Source: Candidatus Cloacimonadales bacterium
GTDB taxonomy: Bacteria > Cloacimonadota > Cloacimonadia > Cloacimonadales > JAFGVF01
Assembly: GCA_963662585.1 (NCBI GenBank)
Contig: OY759729.1
Span: 2,432,001 to 2,496,000 of the forward strand
DNA: 64,000 nt
Direction: 5' to 3'
Shown here piece after piece: positions 10,083 to 19,022 of this stretch. The translations under genes were made by a program, and so were the position numbers. The notes beneath the pieces were generated by a model. That model searched no databases. It was not told where the DNA came from and saw nothing but the letters and a program-made list of their open reading frames with translations. Numbering within the stretch: the first letter of the stretch is position 1; every line of letters starts with the position of its first letter.

Positions 10083-10500
10083 GCCTTCTTAAAAAGTCCC
10101 TTAACACAGAGTAAAGATGAGTTTTAAGAAGTTTTCACAGAGTTTTAGAAAAGTTTTGAGAATGTGATAAGATCTCTTCTGTCGGACGGTGGACATTTTG
10201 TCCGCCTCATTGTAAAACAATGATAATCCCAGCGGGATGTCATATAATAGGGAGTGTTCGCAAGACACTCCTAAAGTTACGACAAAAAGATAGCCCTACA
10301 GGGGCGACATACACTAAAAAAGTTGAAAGAAAAGACAAAGAGAAATGCAAATACTTTCACACTAATTAACACAAATTAAAAGGAATTTTCATGAATGTAG
10401 TGGCAAAACACTTTTTGCTTTCTAAAAACTGGATAATGACCTCTTTAATCCTAAAAGAAAATCATCAAGGAATTATATAGATAATCCCTGTAAGGGTTTA
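10083..10500 (+). repeat. ~418-bp composite intergenic repeat, copy 2
   Basis: Direct repeat of 7376-7792. Confidence 0.92.
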
Positions 10501-10538
10501 CTAAAATTCATATAATAAATCTCGGGTATACATGCTTT

Positions 10539-10629
10539 TATTTCGCCCTAAAAAAGGGCTCACTTTTGTTGGGTGTCAGTGTACAGTGTCTTGCGAACAC
10601 TGCCTATTATATGTCATCCTTATAGGATT
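10539..10629 (-). repeat. Inverted copy of a ~90-bp hairpin unit (agtgttcgcaagacact)
   Basis: Reverse complement aligns with 10225-10311 and the equivalent part of copy 1. Confidence 0.8.
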
Positions 10630-10799
10630 TAAGAAACATCTGGTCTGCTTTGCATCCACCCCTCTTGGAAACATTGTTTTATTAACAATGAAGCAGGGAA
10701 TTTAAGAGTTTTTCTTACTTTTCTTAAAATCAGTGGTAATTTGTGTAATCAGTGGACCAAATATTTCTTCTACCTTTGGGTAAAGGGGCTATCTTTTAG

Positions 10800-10832
10800 G
10801 GCGGACAGAATGTCCACCGTCCGACAGAAGAG
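10800..10832 (-). repeat. Inverted copy of the ctcttctgtcggacggtggaca hairpin unit
   Basis: Reverse complement matches 10174-10206, 7467-7499 and 61828-61860. Confidence 0.85.
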
Positions 10833-10974
10833 GTCTTTTCTTCTTTTAAAATTAGTGAAATTAGCTTGGGATGGCATAACTATAGCGTAGACCCCTGGGT
10901 AGATTCTTTTTGATAGATTATTTTTATGTAGTATGTTTGAGTAGATAAAGTAGCTTATGTTTAATGAGTATTAT

Positions 10975-11052
<78 letters not shown>

Positions 11053-11095
11053 TCCTAATAAAGATGAAGTACAAATTAACCGATAAGTACTTCGA

Positions 11096-11122
11096 AAAAG
11101 AAAGCCAACCTTAAGTTGGCTT
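11096..11122 (-). terminator. Intrinsic terminator within the tRNA cluster
   Basis: Minus strand aagccaac-ttaag-gttggctt followed by tctttttc. Confidence 0.65.
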
Positions 11123-11131
11123 GTAAGATGA

Positions 11132-11207
11132 TGGTGGGCGCAGAGGGACTTGAACCCCCGACCACTTGCTTGTAAGGCAAGAGCTCTCCCAACTGAGCTA
11201 TACGCCC
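11132..11207 (-). tRNA. tRNA-Val (TAC)
   Basis: gggcgtatagctcag...cttgc-cttacaa-gcaag...ggttcaagtcc...cca. Confidence 0.97.
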
Positions 11208-11244
11208 GATGTATAAGAAATTTTAATAATCGGATTAAAAATGA

Positions 11245-11320
11245 TGGTGGGCGCAGAGGGACTTGAACCCCCGACCACTTGCTTGTAAGGCAAGAGCTCT
11301 CCCAACTGAGCTATACGCCC
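11245..11320 (-). tRNA. tRNA-Val (TAC)
   Basis: Identical to 11132-11207. Confidence 0.97.
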
Positions 11321-11343
11321 ATCATTATTAACATAAATCGAAT

Positions 11344-11421
<78 letters not shown>

Positions 11422-11542
11422 TTTCGAATATGTGATATCATATTTGTGAATTGCCTATTTTCTGTCAAGAACCTTTTTTAAAACTTTTTTAAATTATCAA
11501 TCCTTACCATTATATCTTACTATAAATAAGATAGATAGATAA

Positions 11543-11770
11543 CTAATAATTTTTTAAAAATGTTAAAAGTTTATCAGCTTCGTCGGCAAAATCTTCGGCA
11601 ATTAGTACTTTGATAAGGGAATTTTTCTTATCAATAGTAGTATAATTAAATACTCCTTCCCAGGCTTCAAGAATGAAGCAGAAGAGAATTTGATCTTTAG
11701 AGTTGATTTGAATAGTCAAATCAATCGTCTTATCAAGTAGAGTTTTTTTATCAATAATTTGAAAATTCAT
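11543..11770 (-). CDS. Small conserved protein, DUF4911-like
   Basis: FCFILEAWEG...TTID pattern; starts 1 nt after the lon stop. Confidence 0.65.
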   Translation of the reverse strand: MNFQIIDKKTLLDKTIDLTIQINSKDQILFCFILEAWEGVFNYTTIDKKNSLIKVLIAEDFADEADKLLTFLKNY

Positions 11771-11771
11771 T

Positions 11772-14129
11772 TTAGTTCTTTTTCTTAATCAAGGCTAATT
11801 CTAGGACTTCTGAGATAGTAGAGACAGGAGTAATAGTTAATCCATTTTTAATCTCATCACTAATCTCTTCTAGGTCTTTCTCATTTTTCTGAGGAATAAG
11901 CACTTTAAAGATTCCTTCTCTTTTGGCAGCAATAAGTTTTTCAGGGAGTCCTCCGATTGGTAAGACATGTCCTGAGAGAGTTATTTCTCCAGTCATGGCG
12001 ATATCGTGTCTTACGGGAATATCGCTTAAGACAGAGATGATAGCTGTGGCCATGGTAACGCCGGCAGAAGGTCCATCTTTAGGAACTGCACCTTCAGGGA
12101 TATGGAGATGGATATCAAAGTTTTTATAGAAATCCTGAGGGATATTATACTCTTCAGCGTGAAGTCTGGCAAAACTTATTGCAGCTTGAGCTGATTCTTT
12201 CATAACATCACCGAGCTGACCTGTAAGGCTTATTTTACCTTCACCAGGAAGTTTAACTACTTCGATAGTGAGAGTTTCTCCTCCTACAGCAGTCCAAGCT
12301 AATCCATTAACAACACCAATTTTAGATTTTTTATTGGTTTCAGAATGGGAATATTTCTCTATTCCCAGGTATTTATGGATGTGCTTTTGGGTAAGAGTAA
12401 CACTTTTTTTAATTTCGCCTTTTAGGTGGTCTTTTATAATCTTTCTCAAGACTTTAGCAATAGTTCTTTCTAAGTTTCTTACACCTGATTCGCGAGTATA
12501 GAACTTGACTATATAATGAATAATTTCATCACTGAAGTTTATTTTGAGCAATTTTGTTAGGGAATGTTCTTCCATTTGGCGGGGGATAAGGTGATTCCTA
12601 GCAATATTTACTTTTTCATATTCTGTATAGCCTGGAAGTTCAATAAGCTCCATTCTATCAAGTAAAGGTCTTGGAATCGAATGAATATCGTTAGCAGTAG
12701 TAATAAAAACTACTTTAGATAAATCATATTCGATATCAATATAGTGGTCACGGAAGTGAGAATTTTGTTCAGGGTCAAGAACCTCGAGTAGGGCAGAAGC
12801 TGGGTCTCCACGGAAGTCTGAGCTAAGTTTATCTATTTCATCCATCATAATTAAAGGATTAGTAGATTTAGCTTTTTTCATTGAGTGTAGAATAATACCA
12901 GGAATAGCACCGACATAAGTTCTTCTATGTCCTCTAATTTCGGCTTCATCTCTAACTCCACCGAGGGAGATGCGGACAAAATCTCTACCGAGAGAGGCAG
13001 CAATAGATTTACCAAGAGAGGTTTTTCCCACACCTGGAGGTCCCGCAAAACAGATGATTTGACCTTTTACGCCATTACTGATTTGCATTACACTTATGTA
13101 TTCTAAAATCCTCTCTTTCACATCTTTGAGTCCGTAGTGATCGCGATTAAGTATCTCTTCAGATTTGTCAATATCGACAGCTACATCATTATTAGCTTCC
13201 CAAGGTAGGTCAAGAACCCAAGTTATATAGTTTAATAATACTGTATGTTCTTGTGATTGAGGGTTTATTCTACTAAGTTTTTTAAATTCTTCTTCAACTT
13301 TGTCACGGGCTGCCTCAGAAAGAGGAGTATCTTTGATTCTTTTTTTAAGGTTAATCAAGTCAGAATCACTATCTTCAGCAATACCTAATTCTTTATGAAT
13401 TTGTTTTAACTGTTCATTTAGAAAATACTCTTTTTGAATTTTACTGAGACTAGATCTTACTTCATTTTCAATATTCTTTTCTAAACGAATAATCTCAGCT
13501 TCTTTATTTATGTAGAGGATAAGACTTTTGAGTCCTTTTAGGAAATCTGTATGTTGAAAAATAGCTTGTTTGGTTCTACTATTTAAATCTATATAATTGA
13601 GACAGAAGTAGAAAAGTTCATCTTTGTCTTCAATCATCTCAACAGCTTGAATTAGCTCATCAGGAATTCTATTATTAAGTCTGACATAGTTCTTAAAAGA
13701 TGTTTTTAGATTACGAAGATAGGCTTCAATAACATCTAAATCTTCAAAACTAATAGTTTTCTCAATAATTTCTACTTCAGCTTTGAGGTAGTTATCTTTT
13801 TGGAAGAATCTTTTAACCTTAACCATTTCTATACCTTCGCAAAGAAGTCTTAAGTTTCCGTCAGGAAGAGGGAATTCTTGAGAAATAAGAGACATTGTAC
13901 CAAAGCGGTAGATATCTCTAGAAGTTGGGTATTCTTGGAACTCTTCATCATTCTTCTGAGGAATACACAGAATAGTTTGGTTATTTTCAATCGCATCTTT
14001 GGCAGCCGCTAAAGTTTGTTTTCTACCTATTAAGATAGGAACTACCACTTTGGGCACTTGAATCATCTTCCTAAGAGGGATAACATTTAAAATTATTTTA
14101 TCTTTTTTGGATTTTGTTGCCATAAACAT
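11772..14129 (-). CDS. lon: ATP-dependent Lon protease
   Basis: LON N-domain; DHYGL..VKERILEY; Walker A GPPGVGKT; catalytic PKDGPSAG; AMTGEITL. Confidence 0.98.
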   Translation of the reverse strand: MFMATKSKKDKIILNVIPLRKMIQVPKVVVPILIGRKQTLAAAKDAIENNQTILCIPQKNDEEFQEYPTSRDIYRFGTMSLISQEFPLPDGNLRLLCEGIEMVKVKRFFQKDNYLKAEVEIIEKTISFEDLDVIEAYLRNLKTSFKNYVRLNNRIPDELIQAVEMIEDKDELFYFCLNYIDLNSRTKQAIFQHTDFLKGLKSLILYINKEAEIIRLEKNIENEVRSSLSKIQKEYFLNEQLKQIHKELGIAEDSDSDLINLKKRIKDTPLSEAARDKVEEEFKKLSRINPQSQEHTVLLNYITWVLDLPWEANNDVAVDIDKSEEILNRDHYGLKDVKERILEYISVMQISNGVKGQIICFAGPPGVGKTSLGKSIAASLGRDFVRISLGGVRDEAEIRGHRRTYVGAIPGIILHSMKKAKSTNPLIMMDEIDKLSSDFRGDPASALLEVLDPEQNSHFRDHYIDIEYDLSKVVFITTANDIHSIPRPLLDRMELIELPGYTEYEKVNIARNHLIPRQMEEHSLTKLLKINFSDEIIHYIVKFYTRESGVRNLERTIAKVLRKIIKDHLKGEIKKSVTLTQKHIHKYLGIEKYSHSETNKKSKIGVVNGLAWTAVGGETLTIEVVKLPGEGKISLTGQLGDVMKESAQAAISFARLHAEEYNIPQDFYKNFDIHLHIPEGAVPKDGPSAGVTMATAIISVLSDIPVRHDIAMTGEITLSGHVLPIGGLPEKLIAAKREGIFKVLIPQKNEKDLEEISDEIKNGLTITPVSTISEVLELALIKKKN

Positions 14130-14214
14130 TCTCCTTAGTACATAGTTAGCTTTATATTTTTATCTTTAATTTAATAGAATAGAATTTTTTAAAGGGGAAA
14201 TTAGTCAAGTAATA

Positions 14215-15291
14215 TTAAAATTCTTCGTAGGCAGAGATACTTATGGAGTGACCCTCTTGGGTAAAGGCTATATCAAAACGCATATTCAATTTATCCTCAG
14301 AATTTGTCAGTTTATATCTAAAGCCAGTTCCATAGGAGTATTTTAGATTGGAGAGATTAATCTCTTCGATTTCATGGGCTACTTTTCCAGCTTCCACAAA
14401 GAGAACAAAGCCTGCTCTAGTATATACTCCATAGGTAAAGGGGGAAGTGCGTATTTCTGCTCTTCCTGCTATTCTGTGCTTATCCATAAATCTTCTTGAG
14501 GAATAGCCTCTAAGTCTATCACCCAACTTAGCTAGGCGTTGAAAAGGAACATCGCCATTAGTAATTTTAGCATCTAAATGGGTAGCTAAAATTAGACTAG
14601 GTGAGCTGGAAAAATAGTTTTTTAGGTCTATCTCAGTCATTGCAAAGTCATAATCACTTCCCCAGTTTGGCTGATAATTACGATAAGAGAATCTGTAATA
14701 TAATCCCTTAGAGGGGTAGTTAACTTGATTTCTTGTATCGAGTTTCAAGACTGATCCGATGCCGTTAAACCAACCACCATCATTTCCGAGAGTGTTATCC
14801 CAATCGATATATTCATTAATATCTCTTTTGGTAACTTCTAAATGGCCAAACTCAGCATTAACTCCTAAGAAGAGTTCTTTATAAAGCCTGCGATAAAGAT
14901 CAAATTCAAAGCTGTATTCTATTTCAGTATAGTTAGTTTTAGAATCTTTACTGCTATCATTGCCAAATTCATAAATGTCTGTAGGCCAGCTTCTAGTTCT
15001 TAAAGCAAAAGAAGTTGAGTAATCTTTTTGAAAAGCAAATTGAGCTTTTGTGATATATCGGAATTGATTCTTAAGGGAGTGCTGGATAACATTAGACCAC
15101 TGTCCTTCAAAGTTTTCCTTACTCTGGGCTGTGTCATAAATTACTACACCACCATAGACTAAAGAAGTCTCTTCTGCATAAGCTAAAAGAGGAAAGAAAA
15201 ACCAGTGTTTAACTTGCTGATAACCATATTCAACTTGTGAAAATAGGGTAGAGGTAAATATTAAAAATGCTATTATTATTTTTATCTTCAT
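14215..15291 (-). CDS. Omp85/BamA-TamA-type beta-barrel (no POTRA domains evident)
   Basis: DTR....YPSKG, LGDRLRGY (VRGY-like), YSYGTGFRY, MRFDIAF and C-terminal Phe; start ATG 15291 or TTG 15297. Confidence 0.8.
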   Translation of the reverse strand: MKIKIIIAFLIFTSTLFSQVEYGYQQVKHWFFFPLLAYAEETSLVYGGVVIYDTAQSKENFEGQWSNVIQHSLKNQFRYITKAQFAFQKDYSTSFALRTRSWPTDIYEFGNDSSKDSKTNYTEIEYSFEFDLYRRLYKELFLGVNAEFGHLEVTKRDINEYIDWDNTLGNDGGWFNGIGSVLKLDTRNQVNYPSKGLYYRFSYRNYQPNWGSDYDFAMTEIDLKNYFSSSPSLILATHLDAKITNGDVPFQRLAKLGDRLRGYSSRRFMDKHRIAGRAEIRTSPFTYGVYTRAGFVLFVEAGKVAHEIEEINLSNLKYSYGTGFRYKLTNSEDKLNMRFDIAFTQEGHSISISAYEEF

Positions 15292-15300
15292 TAGCAACCA

Positions 15301-16830
15301 TTACTTCTTCTTGGCATTATGAATATCACGAATTATCTCTTCAACTTTTCTAAAATTAACTTTACCAGAAGCCATTAATGGAAGTTCATCTAAGACATAA
15401 TACTCCTTAGGAACCATTAAACTTGGAAGTTCTTTCTTCATGTATTTATGAATCTGTTTAGCTTCTATCTCTTTAGTAGTTACTGCAGCAACAATTTCAG
15501 CTCCTTTTTTAATATTAGGAACTTCAACCACACAACAGAGAGTCTCAGCAGGTAAGATTGTCTCTAAAACAGATTCAACTCTGGTTAAGGAGACCATTTC
15601 ACCACCAATTTTAACAAATCTTCTAAGTCTTCCTCTGTGGGTAATATAACCTTCCTGGTCAATTACACCCATATCTCCTGTATCATACCAACCATCTCTA
15701 ATGCGTAAAGAGGTCTCTTCATAATCATTGTAATAACCAATGGTAACTAAATCACCTTTTACTAATATCTTTCCTTCAACTCCAGCCTTTACTTCTTTAC
15801 CTGTAACTCTATCTACTATCTTAACTTTTGTGCCAGGAAGAGGTTTCCCAACACTTCCTACTTTATTGTTTTTATGATAGTTGGTGCTAATAACAGGACT
15901 TGTTTCGGTAGCTCCATAACCTTCATAAAGTTCTAGATTATGCTTTTGTAAGTATTCATCTCTGATTTGCTTAGGAAGTTTGTCTGCTCCAGAAATAGCA
16001 ATATTAACAGAAGCAAAATCTCCTGCTTCAGATTTTTGTAAATAGCCGTGATAGAAGGTAGGTGTTCCCACCATGAGAGTAACTTGATGTTTCTTAATAG
16101 ATTTGCAAACAAGCTTATAATCTAAAGGATTGGCTATAGTGATAGTCTTTCCTCCATAAAGAAGAGGAGTCCAGAAAGTTACAGTAATTCCGAAGACATG
16201 GAAAAGAGGAAGATTGGCTAGGAATACCTCATTCTTAATGTCAGGAACAACAGTAGTGAATCCCTTTACATTATGCATTATGTTTCTGTGGCTTAATTGC
16301 ACAGCTTTAGGATCTTTTTCTGACCCACTGGTAAAGAGGATAACAGCAGTTTCATCTCTATCACCTTTATGAACCAATTTTTGAATCATCTGGGTGGGAA
16401 GTTTAGATATTGCCATACCTTTTACTTTATCTATAAGATTAACATTAGTTAGGATATCCTCAATATTTATCATTCCTTCAATAGGCTTAATAGCGAGCTT
16501 TTCCAGTAGTTTTTCAGTTGTAACAGTTGTCATGAAATTACACTTCTCTTGAGCATATTTCACATTTTGGAGAGCTCCAACCGAGTAGTTTATCATAACA
16601 GGAGTCTTATCAGCTATTAAAAGTGCTATGGTGGTAACTAAACATCCAAAAGATGTTGGAATCATTACCCCAATATTCTTTTCCGGAAACTTTTTGTACT
16701 TTTCAGATAGTACTAAAGCTGCCAATAAAAGCTTCCCATAAGTTACAGATTTACCGGCATTAACATCTACTATTGCTATGTCATTGGGATATTTTTTAGC
16801 AATCTCAATGAATCTTTGATGTAATTGCAT
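15301..16830 (-). CDS. AMP-binding enzyme similar to the acyl-ACP synthetase domain of Aas
   Basis: ILFTSGSEKDPKAV.LSHRN, EGYGATETSP, WYDTGD, RFVKIGGEMVSL and SGKV motifs. Confidence 0.88.
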   Translation of the reverse strand: MQLHQRFIEIAKKYPNDIAIVDVNAGKSVTYGKLLLAALVLSEKYKKFPEKNIGVMIPTSFGCLVTTIALLIADKTPVMINYSVGALQNVKYAQEKCNFMTTVTTEKLLEKLAIKPIEGMINIEDILTNVNLIDKVKGMAISKLPTQMIQKLVHKGDRDETAVILFTSGSEKDPKAVQLSHRNIMHNVKGFTTVVPDIKNEVFLANLPLFHVFGITVTFWTPLLYGGKTITIANPLDYKLVCKSIKKHQVTLMVGTPTFYHGYLQKSEAGDFASVNIAISGADKLPKQIRDEYLQKHNLELYEGYGATETSPVISTNYHKNNKVGSVGKPLPGTKVKIVDRVTGKEVKAGVEGKILVKGDLVTIGYYNDYEETSLRIRDGWYDTGDMGVIDQEGYITHRGRLRRFVKIGGEMVSLTRVESVLETILPAETLCCVVEVPNIKKGAEIVAAVTTKEIEAKQIHKYMKKELPSLMVPKEYYVLDELPLMASGKVNFRKVEEIIRDIHNAKKK

Positions 16831-17022
16831 AATTTATTTTTGTCCTTTATTTAATCTATTCTATCAAATCATATCTATTCATTCAAAAATTAAAAGTTGA
16901 TAGCTGTCAATTAATTTTTATAAACTATAAATTTTTAAGGAGCAAAACTTGTTAGAAAATACTAAACCCAAATAATGTTGTTGACCTTCGTTAACTGCAC
17001 TATCTGGGTTTAAACTTTTAAT

Positions 17023-17967
17023 CTATTCTCTACCTTCTCTAAAGTAGGCATTTCCTAGATTCTTAGGCATATTGGATCTAGTACCTCTAATTTGGATTAA
17101 TAAGAGGAAGAGAATGGTAAAGATATAAGGAACTGATTTTAGTAATTGAGGAGATAACTCTACACCGAAGGCTTGCAAACGAGGAATTATAGCTTCCATG
17201 CCACCAAAAAGATAAGCTCCAACAAAGACAAAGAGAGGTCTCCAATTTGAGAAGATAACTAAAGCGATAGTAATCCAACCTCGTCCAGCAGTCATGCCAT
17301 CTCCCCATAAAGAAGAATAAACAACTGATAGATAGGCACCTGAAATACCACAAAGTAAACCACCTAGGAGGGTTGAAAGATATCTCACTCTTGTTACCTT
17401 AATTCCCATGATCTCACTGGCAAGAGGTTCTTCACCTGTAGCTCTAATAGCTAAGCCCCATTTGGTCTTATTTAATATAAACCAAGCGATTACAGGAACG
17501 AAATATGATAGATAAACAAATATATTATGATTAAAAAGAATTTCCCCAATGAAAGGAATATCTCCTAAAAGAGGGATCTTAATTGGCACAATCCAAGCCT
17601 TTACACTTTCAGCAAGTGGCATTTTAACAAAACCTTTACCCAAGAAAGAACTGACACCTCCTCCAAACATAGTAAGAGCTAGACCAGAAACAACTTGATT
17701 TGCTCGAAGTGTGATAGTAACAAAGGCATGAATTAAGGCTACTGAAGCTCCAACTAATCCAGCTACTAAAAAGGCTAAGAAGATGTTCTGAGTAAGTACT
17801 GCAGTTGCATATCCGGAAAAAGCACCCAGCAGTAACATTCCTTCAACGCCAAGGTTCAGAACTCCTGAGCGTTCAGTGTAAATTTCACCAACAGTGGCAA
17901 ATATCATAATTGTACCACTTTTTATAGCAGAAACTAATAAGGTAACTATTATTTCATAAAAACTCAT
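17023..17967 (-). CDS. Nucleoside/sugar ABC transporter permease
   Basis: ERSGVLNLGVEG, GL.IRATGE.P and AGRGWI.IA motifs. Confidence 0.92.
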   Translation of the reverse strand: MSFYEIIVTLLVSAIKSGTIMIFATVGEIYTERSGVLNLGVEGMLLLGAFSGYATAVLTQNIFLAFLVAGLVGASVALIHAFVTITLRANQVVSGLALTMFGGGVSSFLGKGFVKMPLAESVKAWIVPIKIPLLGDIPFIGEILFNHNIFVYLSYFVPVIAWFILNKTKWGLAIRATGEEPLASEIMGIKVTRVRYLSTLLGGLLCGISGAYLSVVYSSLWGDGMTAGRGWITIALVIFSNWRPLFVFVGAYLFGGMEAIIPRLQAFGVELSPQLLKSVPYIFTILFLLLIQIRGTRSNMPKNLGNAYFREGRE

Positions 17968-17969
17968 GA

Positions 17970-19022
17970 TTAACCTCTCTTAAGTTTAATTCTATAATTT
18001 TTGAATAACTCACTTCCCAGGATAGAGAAAAGAATTAAACTTTGCATAACTTTACCAATAGCGACAGGAATTCCTTCATATTGAAGAGCTTCAGAACCAA
18101 TGATAAGTGAACTCATAAAGAAAGCAAAAGCAACAATGATAAAGGGGTTAGATCGAGCTAGCCAAGCAACTATGATACCAGTATAGCCTAAATCATCAGA
18201 GATGTGAGAATGAAGTTTGAATTCTATACCACACAGTTGATTTGCTCCTGCAAGTCCTGCAAAAGCTCCACTTATCAAGAAAACAAATAACATCATCTTA
18301 TCATAATTTATTCCAGCATAATTGGCTGCTTTAATACTAGAACCAATGATTCTTAGTTCGTAGCCAAATTTAGTATATTTTAATACATAATAAACAATAA
18401 TAACTAAGATTAAAGCGAAAAATATACCTATGTGAACATTTTGAAAGCCAATTTTGTTGAAAACAGCTTCAGGGGGAATATCTTTGGAAAAAGGAAAATT
18501 ATCATCTCTTTTCATGGGACCATAGACGAAATAGTCTAAAACGCTAATTGCGACATAGTTTAAAAGTAAGGTAGATATTACTTCGTTCATTTTAAATTTC
18601 ATTTTTAAAATGGCCGGAAAGAAGGCCCAGAGAGCTCCACCAATCATACTGACTAAGAGAATCATGGGGATTTCCAAGAATTTAGGTAGGGTAGGGAAAT
18701 AGATGGCAAACCAAGCTGCGAAAAGAGCTCCAATATAGAGTTGCCCTTCAGCTCCTACATTCCAAACCTTACTATTAAGAGCCATAGCGACTGAGAGTCC
18801 TGTGAAGATTAAAGGAATAGTTTTTACAATAGTTTCACTAAAACCAAAGGAACTTCCCAAAGTACTTTTAAACATTCCCGCAAATGATGTGAAGGGATTG
18901 TATCCATAGAAGGCAAGAATAATCCCAGAGAGAATCAAAGCTACGATAATAGCTATAATATTAAATAACAGCTCTTTATTAGGAGATACTCTCTCTTTTT
19001 GCTCCAAGACAACTTTATACAT
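17970..19022 (-). CDS. Nucleoside/sugar ABC transporter permease
   Basis: NVGAEGQ, NEVISTLLLNY, GYELR..G...AA.YAGI and GYTGIIVAWL motifs. Confidence 0.92.
   Translation of the reverse strand: MYKVVLEQKERVSPNKELLFNIIAIIVALILSGIILAFYGYNPFTSFAGMFKSTLGSSFGFSETIVKTIPLIFTGLSVAMALNSKVWNVGAEGQLYIGALFAAWFAIYFPTLPKFLEIPMILLVSMIGGALWAFFPAILKMKFKMNEVISTLLLNYVAISVLDYFVYGPMKRDDNFPFSKDIPPEAVFNKIGFQNVHIGIFFALILVIIVYYVLKYTKFGYELRIIGSSIKAANYAGINYDKMMLFVFLISGAFAGLAGANQLCGIEFKLHSHISDDLGYTGIIVAWLARSNPFIIVAFAFFMSSLIIGSEALQYEGIPVAIGKVMQSLILFSILGSELFKNYRIKLKRG

Noticed and set aside
7312..10832. CRISPR array
   Set aside because: No regularly spaced identical repeats with unique spacers, and no cas genes
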